From positions 1 to 49,963 of the forward strand of contig DATHWI010000117.1 of NCBI GenBank assembly GCA_035460805.1: a DNA stretch of 49,963 bases, in the 5' to 3' direction. Both the position numbers and the translations under genes were made by a program. This DNA is from Verrucomicrobiia bacterium. Lineage in GTDB: Bacteria > Patescibacteriota > UBA1384 > CAILIB01. Positions within the stretch are counted from its first letter, which is position 1, and every line of letters starts with the position of its first letter. Below, piece after piece: positions 26,149 to 33,950 of this stretch. Under the pieces are notes generated by a model. It ran no database searches. It saw only the letters and a list, made by a program, of their open reading frames with translations, and was not told the DNA's origin.

Positions 26149-26198
26149 TAGCGCGGTAGGGGCAAAGCTGCTATTGTGCCAATTATCAGATATGGAGG

Positions 26199-26798
26199 AT
26201 GAGAAACTTGAAAATTACAGTCCCTACTTTTGGCTCAGAGAGTAAGTCTCTACTTGAGCACCCAACCCTAAGAGACATGGAAAGCTTCAGAGCACTCAAT
26301 AGGGAGGTGGTGGCGCAGGTCGTGAGAGTATGCCAAAAGCATATCTCCAAGGTCATTGTGGGCCCCCATGCTTTTTTCCGGGGCGGTCCCCATAACCCGC
26401 GTGGAATGGAATCCTTTCTCAACGAGCGGCTTCAAGAAGACAAGGACAAGCTAAGGGCCTTGGATCCTGAGAGCTCGGGCTTGGTGATCCTGAACTCCCC
26501 AGATATGTTTGGCGCGCCCCACCTCCGCCTTCATAATATGGAGCTCTACCAAACTATCAACCTCCCTCCTTTTCTTGGGGTGATACCAGAGGAGGAAGCG
26601 GAGTGGAATGATGAGTGGCAGGCAAAGTTTGACTTACTGATGCTCATTCAGCACTTGCAGTTTGAGATGGGGGTTTATAGGCAGAAGCAGGCGCATCTTC
26701 TTGCGTTCTCTGAGGACTTGGAGGAACTCTTCAAGCAACTAGACATGCTCATGTCCGCATGGACTAACCCTGCATCGGTTGCAGAGCCGGAGGCATAA
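26199..26798 (+). CDS. Hypothetical protein, no recognisable family
   Basis: 199-aa ORF followed by a strong terminator. GGAGG at 26194-26198 abuts the ATG, so TTG 26208 is an alternative start. Confidence 0.6.
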   Translation: MRNLKITVPTFGSESKSLLEHPTLRDMESFRALNREVVAQVVRVCQKHISKVIVGPHAFFRGGPHNPRGMESFLNERLQEDKDKLRALDPESSGLVILNSPDMFGAPHLRLHNMELYQTINLPPFLGVIPEEEAEWNDEWQAKFDLLMLIQHLQFEMGVYRQKQAHLLAFSEDLEELFKQLDMLMSAWTNPASVAEPEA

Positions 26799-26804
26799 AT
26801 TAGC

Positions 26805-26832
26805 GAGGCACCCATAGGGTGCCTCTTTTTTT
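26805..26832 (+). terminator. Rho-independent terminator
   Basis: Stem GAGGCACCC (26805-26813) pairs with GGGTGCCTC (26817-26825), loop ATA, then TTTTTTT. Confidence 0.8.
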
Positions 26833-26844
26833 ATTTGCTACACT

Positions 26845-26930
26845 AGGAATAGCTCCGTGCGCTCAGAACTGCGTTTTGCGCAAAACAGACGCGCAAAGCC
26901 GATCATTCTTCGCTGCACATAGCTATTCCT
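26845..26930 (+). promoter_or_regulatory. Nested inverted repeats immediately upstream of the ATL gene
   Basis: Perfect 10-bp arms AGGAATAGCT (26845-26854) and AGCTATTCCT (26921-26930) enclose a perfect 14-bp palindrome GTTTTGCGCAAAAC (26873-26886). The right arm ends 1 nt before ATG 26932. Confidence 0.3.
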
Positions 26931-26931
26931 T

Positions 26932-27285
26932 ATGCCCAAATCCCCACTCTACCAAGATATCTACGCCGCTATCCGCACCATCCCTTTTGGGGAGGTGGCT
27001 AGTTATTCCCAGGTTGCCAAATCTGTGGGCTTGCCACGTGGGGCGCAGGTGGTGGGTTGGGCACTAGGGGCACTCTCAGGCCTTGAGAACACAGACATCC
27101 CTTGGTGGCGGGTCATTAATGCCAAGCGCTGGCTTACCATAACAAACAAGCAGGCGGGGCCTGCCGATCAGAAGCTCTGGTTAGAAAAAGAAGGCCGGAC
27201 GGTTACAGAGAAAGAGGGCGTGTTCGTCGTGGACGGGGAAGACTGGTGGGACGCGCCGGTTGTTCCGCCTCGGGGCGCTTTTTAG
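26932..27285 (+). CDS. Alkyltransferase-like (ATL) / MGMT-family DNA-binding protein lacking the acceptor cysteine
   Basis: IPFGEVASYSQVA and PRGAQVVGWAL, with IPWWRVIN where MGMT has PCHRV. Confidence 0.75.
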   Translation: MPKSPLYQDIYAAIRTIPFGEVASYSQVAKSVGLPRGAQVVGWALGALSGLENTDIPWWRVINAKRWLTITNKQAGPADQKLWLEKEGRTVTEKEGVFVVDGEDWWDAPVVPPRGAF

Positions 27286-28510
27286 GGGCAGAGAAGGCAT
27301 CCATAGAGCGCTTTTTGGCGTGGACAGGGTGTTCCTCTAGAAGCATCTCTAAGTCAGTCAGGATGTTGCTTAAGTAGACGTAGGCCTCATGAGGTGACTC
27401 GTAACAAGAGAAGTGTTTGTGTACGTCACCATCAGCCCAGAACTTGGTGCACATATAATAGAAGTGGTCCGAGGTCTGCAGCTTCCTCCAAGTGTGCAGC
27501 AGCTTAGGGTCATTGGTGGCGCGCACTTGCTCACCTACCTTATATACCCACGCAATGGCGCCATCCTGCATGGGGTTGCCAAGCCAGGCGGAGGTGTCGC
27601 GTTCCATGTCTGCCCAAGAAATAGGAATGGGAACGTCCAGCTTTTCACGGGCAGGGTAGCGGTCTGCTACTTCGCTCGGTGTGGCAAAGTCAAAATCTGG
27701 GTGTTTAAGGAGAGCGGCCGGCAGGTGGCGCAGAAACTCAAAGATGCCCGTCTCTTCCCATTGGTGCTCGCCAAAGGTTTCATAGTCCATGAATAGGTTG
27801 AGCGTCTCGCCGTTGCCCGCAAGCTTATGTGCCCACATGGCAAACTTGTCAGGAGTGAGGGGCCAGGAAGGCCAAGAGCGCTCGGAGAAACGGAAGGCGA
27901 TGTCATCGGAAAGCTTGTAGCTCTTAAGGAGGAGCTTCATGTCGTCGCTGTGCATGGGGGCGTAAACGTGGGCAGGTGACCGGTGGCCCAGGATTTGGTC
28001 TGCACCCTCCGTAAGCATCACCTTGAAGCCCATTGCCTCTACCATGGCGGCAATCTCATTGGAGTAGATAAGCTCCGTGTTGCGGAAGGCAGTAGGGGTG
28101 ACACCGAAGTGCTCCTTAATGGCCTCTACGTGCTTCTCCACTTGGGAGCGGAACTCCTGCGGGTCAAAGAGGGCGGAGAGGGAGTGGTAGTACGTCTCTG
28201 CCAGAAACTCCACTTGCCCTGTAGCGGCCAGTTCTTTGAAGGATGCCAAAACCTCGGGGGAGTATTCTTCAAACTGTTCCAGGGTGATGCCGGAAATGCT
28301 GTAGGAGATCTTAAACTTCCCAGGATTCTCCTTAATGAGCTGGAGCATCAGCTTATTGGTAGGGAGGTAGCACTTGCGGGCTACTTTCTCACAAATTTCT
28401 TTGTTCAGCTCGTCGTTGAAGTACGAGGCTTTTGTGCCAATGTCAAACACGCGGTAGGGCCGCATGCGGTAAGGCTGATGAACCTGAAAATAAAAGCAGA
28501 CGCTAGGCAT
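27203..28510 (-). CDS. GH57-family alpha-glucan-active enzyme (amylase or branching-enzyme type)
   Basis: N-terminal CFYFQVHQPYR and the overall GH57 layout. The 83-nt convergent overlap with the ATL gene covers only its low-complexity basic tail. Confidence 0.85.
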   Translation of the reverse strand: MPSVCFYFQVHQPYRMRPYRVFDIGTKASYFNDELNKEICEKVARKCYLPTNKLMLQLIKENPGKFKISYSISGITLEQFEEYSPEVLASFKELAATGQVEFLAETYYHSLSALFDPQEFRSQVEKHVEAIKEHFGVTPTAFRNTELIYSNEIAAMVEAMGFKVMLTEGADQILGHRSPAHVYAPMHSDDMKLLLKSYKLSDDIAFRFSERSWPSWPLTPDKFAMWAHKLAGNGETLNLFMDYETFGEHQWEETGIFEFLRHLPAALLKHPDFDFATPSEVADRYPAREKLDVPIPISWADMERDTSAWLGNPMQDGAIAWVYKVGEQVRATNDPKLLHTWRKLQTSDHFYYMCTKFWADGDVHKHFSCYESPHEAYVYLSNILTDLEMLLEEHPVHAKKRSMDAFSAPKKRPEAEQPARPTSLPRPRRTRPLSL

Positions 28511-28517
28511 GAAAGGG

Positions 28518-29822
28518 TTAAGAAGCGGTCGGCCGGAACGTGCGGACTACGTCTTGGTATACGTCATGAAGGGCCTTCCCAGAGTCGTTCCAGGTGAGGC
28601 GAGTAAGGTCGGCGAGGCCGCCCTTTTTAAGCTTGAGACGGCGGGCTGGACTGCGCAGGATGCTTACTACCTCTGAAGCCATCTTGTCGGTGTCCCAAAA
28701 GTCTACCTTCACCATGTTGTTGGTTACCTCTGCAACGCCGGACTGCTTGGAAACGAGTACCGGTGTACCGTTCTGGATAGCCTCAAGGGCAACGATGCCA
28801 AACGGCTCGGAAACAGATGGCATGACAAAGAGGTCGGCCAGCTGGTAGGCACGGTCAACATCCACGCCACGCAGGAAGGAGGAGAAGAGCATCTTGCCGG
28901 TCAAGCCTTGGCGGGCGGCGCTCTCAATGCACTTGCGTTCCATATCTCCACTCCCAACCATGACAAAACGGACATTTGGGTCTTGGGAGGTCACCTTTTT
29001 GGCAAGCTCTACAAAGTAGTCGGGGCCCTTTTGCATAGTGATGCGGCCCATGAAAAGCACAATCTTGTACTTTTTCTTGAGCTTGGCCAGGTCAAACTTA
29101 GCGGGTTCCCGGTAAGTAGGGATGCCGTTGTACACCACGGAGATTTTTTCCCGTGGGATGTTGTAGTGCTTGTGGATGACCTCTTTGGTGTAGTGGCTTA
29201 CGGCAACAATACGGTCAGCGGCAGCCAGGCCCTTCTTTTCAATCTCAATAATGTCTGGGTCGCCATGAATGCCACAGCGATCAATTTCCGTGGCGTGGAC
29301 ATGTGCCACGATAGGGACATGCTTGTGATGTACCTTCTTGGCAATTTTCTGTGCAGCAATGCCGGCGTAGTAGGTCATCCAGTCATGGGTGTGGATGACT
29401 TCGTAGTCGCCCTGCTCACGGGCAATGTGCTCTGCCTTGTTGGCGTACCAGGTGGCCTGGATATGTGCGGGGACACGGGCACCACCGTTTTCCATCTGTT
29501 CAATCCAGACCCGCTTCTGGTCATCGATAGAGAGCTTGTTGCCATACCCAACGGCAGAGGCAAGAAGCTCTTCATCGATTTCTGCATCCGCAAGCAGCTC
29601 ACGGAGGTCCGCTGTTGTACCGTACTCGGTGGCATCTACCACCTCCATGTGGGTGTATGGCATGGCACCAAAAACCTTGGGCACTACAAAGCGGATGGAC
29701 ACGCCCAGTGGGGCAAGTCCCTCTGTCAAACCAAGGCTAGCTGTGCCCAGGCCGCCAGAGTTGTATGGTGGCAACTCCCAGCCCAGCATTAATACGTTGA
29801 TGCCGCTCCTTTCGTATCGCAC
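28518..29822 (-). CDS. Glycosyltransferase, GT4/GT5 glycogen-synthase-like
   Basis: INVLMLGWELPPYNSGGLGTA (GlgA-like N-terminus) and MPSVSEPFGIVALEAIQNGTPVLVS (E-x7-E region). GTG start is uncertain. 7-nt gap to the GH57 gene. Confidence 0.8.
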   Translation of the reverse strand: MRYERSGINVLMLGWELPPYNSGGLGTASLGLTEGLAPLGVSIRFVVPKVFGAMPYTHMEVVDATEYGTTADLRELLADAEIDEELLASAVGYGNKLSIDDQKRVWIEQMENGGARVPAHIQATWYANKAEHIAREQGDYEVIHTHDWMTYYAGIAAQKIAKKVHHKHVPIVAHVHATEIDRCGIHGDPDIIEIEKKGLAAADRIVAVSHYTKEVIHKHYNIPREKISVVYNGIPTYREPAKFDLAKLKKKYKIVLFMGRITMQKGPDYFVELAKKVTSQDPNVRFVMVGSGDMERKCIESAARQGLTGKMLFSSFLRGVDVDRAYQLADLFVMPSVSEPFGIVALEAIQNGTPVLVSKQSGVAEVTNNMVKVDFWDTDKMASEVVSILRSPARRLKLKKGGLADLTRLTWNDSGKALHDVYQDVVRTFRPTAS

Positions 29823-29858
29823 ATGAGGCAGATACCGAACTATTTACAGTACGTATTT

Positions 29859-29887
29859 AGTGTAAGGGAGCCCTTCTTGATTTGCAA
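29859..29887 (-). promoter_or_regulatory. Candidate sigma70 promoter of the GT-GH57 operon
   Basis: Minus strand reads TTGCAA (29882-29887), exactly 17 nt, then TACACT (complement of 29859-29864). Confidence 0.5.
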
Positions 29888-29991
29888 CCGATTTAAAGGC
29901 TCTGTAAATGATTAATTTCCAATAATACTTTCCAGAGCCATTATCCATTTTGTTGATTTTAATCAACAGTTTTGGCAAAAAGGTTTTGCCC

Positions 29992-30019
29992 TGGACGCAA
30001 CCTGGCAGTTTGGTAGTAT
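29992..30019 (+). promoter_or_regulatory. Candidate promoter of the 30052 gene
   Basis: TGGACG at 29992-29997, 16 nt, then an extended -10 TGGTAGTAT (30011-30019). Confidence 0.4.
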
Positions 30020-30051
30020 GGTTTTAACCTTAAGTACTTCCTGAAACCCTT

Positions 30052-31107
30052 ATGCGCACCATACGTACATTCTTACTGGGCCTGCTGGCGGCCGCATCTG
30101 TTGGCACCACCGCTGCCCTGGCGGTTGCCCCACAATTTGACACCGTAAAAGATATCAACCTTGAAGATATCTATAGTGCCCCCCAGGAAATCACCAATGT
30201 CTTTGAGGAGACGGGGGTGTACGGGAAGCTTGATAGCTACGCTGACGTATATAAGTTCACGGCTAGCCAGGATGGTGAGCAGACCATTGCCCTTATGGGT
30301 GTGGCAAGCTCAAAGGCCCAGCCTTACTTGGTGCTCTTGGACCCTACCGATGTGACTGAGGCGCGTGAGTTGGGCATTCCTGTCCCAGGTGAGGGCTACC
30401 ACACCTCGTTGGTGAAGCCGGTGGAGGGATTGAAGGTTTACAACGAGACGCTCCTGTTTCAGAAATACAACCTCTACGCAGAGGAGCGTATCAAGCTTCA
30501 GAAAGACAAGACGTACTACCTGATCGTGTTTGATGCTGCCTCAGAGATGAAGCGTTACACCATTCGTTTTGGTGATGGCAAGGTATGGAGCGGTGGTGAC
30601 CTCTTCCTCCACTTCGGTTCTTGGTTGAAGGTAAAGGCCGATAGCTATGGTGGCACAAGCCCGTTCGATTTCACGCCTGCCACGTTTGGTTCCATCCTCT
30701 TCTTCCTTTCCTTTGCCATCCTGCTTGGTATGTGGGTGATTGAAAGCACATTTGCCTTCCTGGCCGCCAAGACAAAGATGGCTGGCTACCTCTTGATCAA
30801 GCTTCAGTACTACGGGCGCATCTTTACCTGGATCGGACTGTGGTTCATGGCGATCGGCGGGTACATTTACTTTGGTGCTGCAGGCTGGCCTGGCATCCCG
30901 TTCATTCTGGCCATCGTCTTTATCCTTATGGCGGCTGTCTTCATTACCCGTTCCTTTGTCCTGAGCCCTAAGCTTATGGCGATTGAAGTGACCAAGCAGG
31001 AAGCGGCTATCCCTAAGAAGCTGCAGAAGCTGAACTACCTATTCTTTGTCCTTTCAGTCATCACCGTGGGCTCGTTCCTTACCCTCCTTACGGTCCATCT
31101 CTCGTAA
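30052..31107 (+). CDS. Secreted-domain plus polytopic membrane protein, unknown function
   Basis: Signal-like N-terminus, then a ~170-aa beta-rich domain (DVYKFTASQDGEQTIAL resembles pre-peptidase C-terminal-type domains), then ~5 TM helices. Confidence 0.7.
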   Translation: MRTIRTFLLGLLAAASVGTTAALAVAPQFDTVKDINLEDIYSAPQEITNVFEETGVYGKLDSYADVYKFTASQDGEQTIALMGVASSKAQPYLVLLDPTDVTEARELGIPVPGEGYHTSLVKPVEGLKVYNETLLFQKYNLYAEERIKLQKDKTYYLIVFDAASEMKRYTIRFGDGKVWSGGDLFLHFGSWLKVKADSYGGTSPFDFTPATFGSILFFLSFAILLGMWVIESTFAFLAAKTKMAGYLLIKLQYYGRIFTWIGLWFMAIGGYIYFGAAGWPGIPFILAIVFILMAAVFITRSFVLSPKLMAIEVTKQEAAIPKKLQKLNYLFFVLSVITVGSFLTLLTVHLS

Positions 31108-31110
31108 GCA

Positions 31111-31506
31111 ATGGCAGAGACTCCCATGGAACCCGGGAAGGAGCAGCTAGGTACTCAGATGATGACCCCTAAGCAGGCAAAGCCCCATCCAGACACGCTA
31201 CGCTTTGCCCGGGGCTTCATGCACTTTGTGCGTCAGTACAATGTAATCCCGCTCGCCATAGCGGTGGTGATAGGTAACTCGTTGAACGATGTGGTGAAGG
31301 TGGTGGTGGAGGGGATGGTGACACCGTTCATTTCACTCATCTTGCCAAGCACGGCTTTGCAGGGGTACGAGATTACGGTGAGGAACTCCACGTTCCAAAT
31401 TGGTGCGGTTGTGAATGCGGTACTTGGCTTCCTGGTTGTGGCCCTCATTGTCTACGTCTTTGCCAAGAAGGTTTTGCACGACGAAAAGGTCCTTGAGAAG
31501 AAGTAG
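31111..31506 (+). CDS. mscL: Large-conductance mechanosensitive channel
   Basis: FMHFVRQYNVIPLAIAVVIGNSLNDVVKVVVEGMVTPFISLI and a second TM VVNAVLGFLVVALIVYVF. The ~30-aa N-terminal extension makes the start uncertain. Confidence 0.85.
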   Translation: MAETPMEPGKEQLGTQMMTPKQAKPHPDTLRFARGFMHFVRQYNVIPLAIAVVIGNSLNDVVKVVVEGMVTPFISLILPSTALQGYEITVRNSTFQIGAVVNAVLGFLVVALIVYVFAKKVLHDEKVLEKK

Positions 31507-31507
31507 G

Positions 31508-31557
31508 CTTCGGCCTCTGTGGCCGAAGAAAAGCCCTTTCCTATGAAAGGGCTTTTT
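31508..31557 (+). terminator. Tandem hairpin terminator
   Basis: First hairpin: CTTCGGCC (31508-31515) pairs with GGCCGAAG (31521-31528). Second: AAAGCCCTTT (31530-31539) pairs with AAAGGGCTTT (31546-31555), followed by a short T run. Confidence 0.8.
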
Positions 31558-31607
31558 ACTTGCCAGATTTTTTGGTACACCTAGACAGCATCGAATGGAG
31601 GAAACCA

Positions 31608-32012
31608 ATGGAGCTTGCGTACGTGCACCTTGAGCCAAACCCCGGGATTCGGATTTTGCTACAAAAAGCACTTCCGGGAACCAAGTACGAATATGTGGCC
31701 TGTCCTGAGGCGCCAAGCTTTCACGAAGCCGTGGAGAGGCTGACGGCCGACAGCGGGAAGAAGGTGGTGGCAATTGTTCACCCGAGCAAACTAAAGGGAA
31801 GCCTTACTCTGGGAGGGCTAAAACAGGTGTATCCCCGCCTTGTTGTAGTCTGCTTCTGCAACCAGACGGACGAAGAAGTAGCGCGTGATCACGGCGAAAT
31901 CCGTGGCGATTACTTTATTTCTATGCGGGTGGCAGAAAGCCCAGCCCACCTTAGGGCTGAGTTGGCCAGAATCATGGAAGAGGTGCTCCCGGGCACCGTT
32001 CCCGCAGCCTAG
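31608..32012 (+). CDS. Hypothetical protein, possibly a degenerate receiver-like (CheY-fold) domain
   Basis: GGAGGA at 31597-31602 lies 5 nt before ATG 31608. Alternating beta/alpha pattern (ILLQKAL..VVAIVHPS..LVVVCFCN) but the acidic pocket residues are not conserved. Confidence 0.6.
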   Translation: MELAYVHLEPNPGIRILLQKALPGTKYEYVACPEAPSFHEAVERLTADSGKKVVAIVHPSKLKGSLTLGGLKQVYPRLVVVCFCNQTDEEVARDHGEIRGDYFISMRVAESPAHLRAELARIMEEVLPGTVPAA

Positions 32013-32016
32013 TTGC

Positions 32017-32049
32017 AAAAGACCGCCACATGGCGGTCTTTTTTCTTTT
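32017..32049. terminator. Bidirectional terminator between convergent genes
   Basis: Stem AAGACCGCC (32019-32027) pairs with GGCGGTCTT (32032-32040), loop ACAT. T runs follow on both strands. Confidence 0.8.
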
Positions 32050-32060
32050 GGTAGACAGGT

Positions 32061-32381
32061 TTAAAGAGGCCAGATTTGGTTGCCTTCCGCATCCTTTACG
32101 ATGATGGCGTTAAAAGGACAGATCTTAGCGGATTCCAGTACAAGCCGCTGCATTTCTTCCGGGGTCCTCCCGTCAGGGTTCACAAGGTCACTGATTGCCA
32201 CCTCACCCTCCATGTCGCGCAGGGGGTTGGTTTCATCGTCAGAATTTTGACCGTTATTAGTGAGGAGAACGGCCTTGCCTTCGTCATCCAGCTCATACAT
32301 ATGGTATGCCAAGCAGATGGCAGCCGTTTGGCACATCTCCCGGTCCACAAACACGGAATGAGGCGTAGCTTCTTCAGACAT
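32061..32381 (-). CDS. Single-cluster ferredoxin, 3Fe-4S-type ligand pattern
   Basis: VFVDREMCQTAAICLAY...AKICPFNAIIV: CxxAxxC...CP, with the middle Cys of CxxCxxC replaced. TAATG overlap with the dnaX stop at 32379-32383. Confidence 0.7.
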   Translation of the reverse strand: MSEEATPHSVFVDREMCQTAAICLAYHMYELDDEGKAVLLTNNGQNSDDETNPLRDMEGEVAISDLVNPDGRTPEEMQRLVLESAKICPFNAIIVKDAEGNQIWPL

Positions 32382-33949
32382 TACGCTGTTGCTCCAAATA
32401 CGGCCGCGGCGGCCTCTGCGGTAGCGGCGGTTATTTCTTTGGCAGGGCTCCTGCGGGGGAGGGTGTCCTTCAGTTGGTAGTCCACAATCCACTTGTCGTG
32501 GGTAATCTGCTCAAGGAGTCCTTCTACGCGAGTGCGGTGCTTTTTCTCAGAGAGCTTCTCCACGTGGAACTTGTACTTAATATGTACGGTAATGATAAAG
32601 TCTTCCGCGGTGTGGATGACGGCTTCACGCAGCATCTGTGCCATGGGGGCACTGTCGCGCCCAACGGCTTTGATCATTTCCTTCCAGGCTTGTCGAACAT
32701 CCCGAACAGGTGACTCGCGGAGCTCCACTACCGGGGCCTTTGGCTCTCGTACAGGTTCAGGAGTGACAGAGATGGCCTCCTTGACTACCCGGGGCGCTGC
32801 AGGGGCTGGTGTGGCCGGCAGGGTAATGCGTTCTTCTGTGGCTGGTGCAGCTGGATGGCTGTCTTCCAAGATAGGGGCCGCATCTGCCCTAATTCCCTTT
32901 TGGCCAGAAGCCGCTATTTCGTAACAGGTAGATTCCAAGACGAGCTTGGGGTGGGGTGAGCCTTTGATAAGTACAAAGCCTTCCAAGAGGAAGGTGAGGC
33001 CTCCCGTGAGGTGGATCAACTGCTCCTCTGTGGGGGCGGGTGATGTATAAATCTTTGCCCGGGTCCGCTCAATAAGTTCTGTCATGAGCATTTCGCAACG
33101 ATGTTGGTCGTTTACCTCAATTGCGGTGAGCGCCAGACGCGTTTCGGTGAGCGATCCCTTCTGTACTGCCTCGAATAATTGCTCAACCTGGTCGGCATCG
33201 GTAATACCTAGGGCGTCGATGCATTTTTTTAAGGTTAGAGGAGCAAAACGGGTACCTAATTGTTCAAGGAGTGTTTCGGCATCACGGAAGCCGCCTTGGG
33301 CATGTTCCGCAATAAGTTTGGTCACCCCTTCTTCTGCTTCCCAGCCTGAAGAAGCCACGATGTGGTCAAGCTTGGCCGAAATGGACTCAACGCTACCTCG
33401 CTCAAAGCGGATGAGTTGGCAGCGGGACCGGATGGTGGCGGGGACCTTGTGCAACTCAGTAGTAGCGAGGATAAACACGCAGTGTTTTGGCGGCTCCTCG
33501 AGTGTCTTAAGGAGGGCGTTAAATGCATCGGAGGTCAGCATGTGAACCTCATCGATGATGTACACCTTCTTCTTGAGTGAAAGGGGAAGGTAGTGGGCCT
33601 GCTCACGCAGCTGACGGATGTCCTCAATGCCCCGGTTGGAGGCGGCATCTATTTCGACAATGTCAGGGGCTTGGTCTTGGAGTTGGGCCACGCAGCTAGC
33701 GCATGTGTTGCAAGGCTCAAACACTGAGGCGCCCTTCTTTTCCTTGGTTACAGGGTGCTCGCAGGTAGCGGCACGGGCAAGGATGCGCGCGGTAGTTGTT
33801 TTGCCGGTGCCCCTAGGGCCACTGAACAGATAGGCATGCGACAGACGGTCCTGGTTCAGGGCGTTTTGCAAGATAGTACGAGCAGTATCCTGCCCAAAGA
33901 GGGCGGAGAATGTGGTGGGACGATACTGACGGTACAGGGTGAGGGCCAT
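32381..33949 (-). CDS. dnaX: DNA polymerase III gamma/tau subunit
   Basis: GPRGTGKTTTARILA, CNTCASC zinc module, DIVEIDAASNRGIEDIR, VYIIDEVHML, SRCQ. Start set to ATG 33949 (MALTLYRQYRP). Confidence 0.9.
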   Translation of the reverse strand: MALTLYRQYRPTTFSALFGQDTARTILQNALNQDRLSHAYLFSGPRGTGKTTTARILARAATCEHPVTKEKKGASVFEPCNTCASCVAQLQDQAPDIVEIDAASNRGIEDIRQLREQAHYLPLSLKKKVYIIDEVHMLTSDAFNALLKTLEEPPKHCVFILATTELHKVPATIRSRCQLIRFERGSVESISAKLDHIVASSGWEAEEGVTKLIAEHAQGGFRDAETLLEQLGTRFAPLTLKKCIDALGITDADQVEQLFEAVQKGSLTETRLALTAIEVNDQHRCEMLMTELIERTRAKIYTSPAPTEEQLIHLTGGLTFLLEGFVLIKGSPHPKLVLESTCYEIAASGQKGIRADAAPILEDSHPAAPATEERITLPATPAPAAPRVVKEAISVTPEPVREPKAPVVELRESPVRDVRQAWKEMIKAVGRDSAPMAQMLREAVIHTAEDFIITVHIKYKFHVEKLSEKKHRTRVEGLLEQITHDKWIVDYQLKDTLPRRSPAKEITAATAEAAAAVFGATA

Positions 33950-33950
33950 G

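Noticed and set aside
28908-29792. 294-aa plus-strand ORF
   Set aside because: It is fully antisense to the glycosyltransferase gene, which has clear family motifs. It is the usual long antisense frame seen in GC-rich coding DNA. The same reasoning rejects 45674-46519, 33939-34766, 34705-35427, 7435-8151, 7797-8483, 43168-43845, 47054-47743, 48113-48775, 10771-11346, 35855-36487 and 23420-24013.
29941-29949. TTATCCATT as a DnaA box
   Set aside because: It has two mismatches at the 3' end of the consensus, occurs once only, and lies in a promoter region unrelated to replication genes.
33223-33229. A7 run (T7 on the plus strand) in dnaX as a programmed -1 frameshift or slippage site producing a gamma subunit
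   Set aside because: The site is in the frame tta-aaa-aaa-tgc and the -1 frame stops ~14 codons later. It lies at roughly residue 240, which would truncate the protein before the clamp-loader collar domain. That makes a functional gamma product unlikely. Proteomics could test it.
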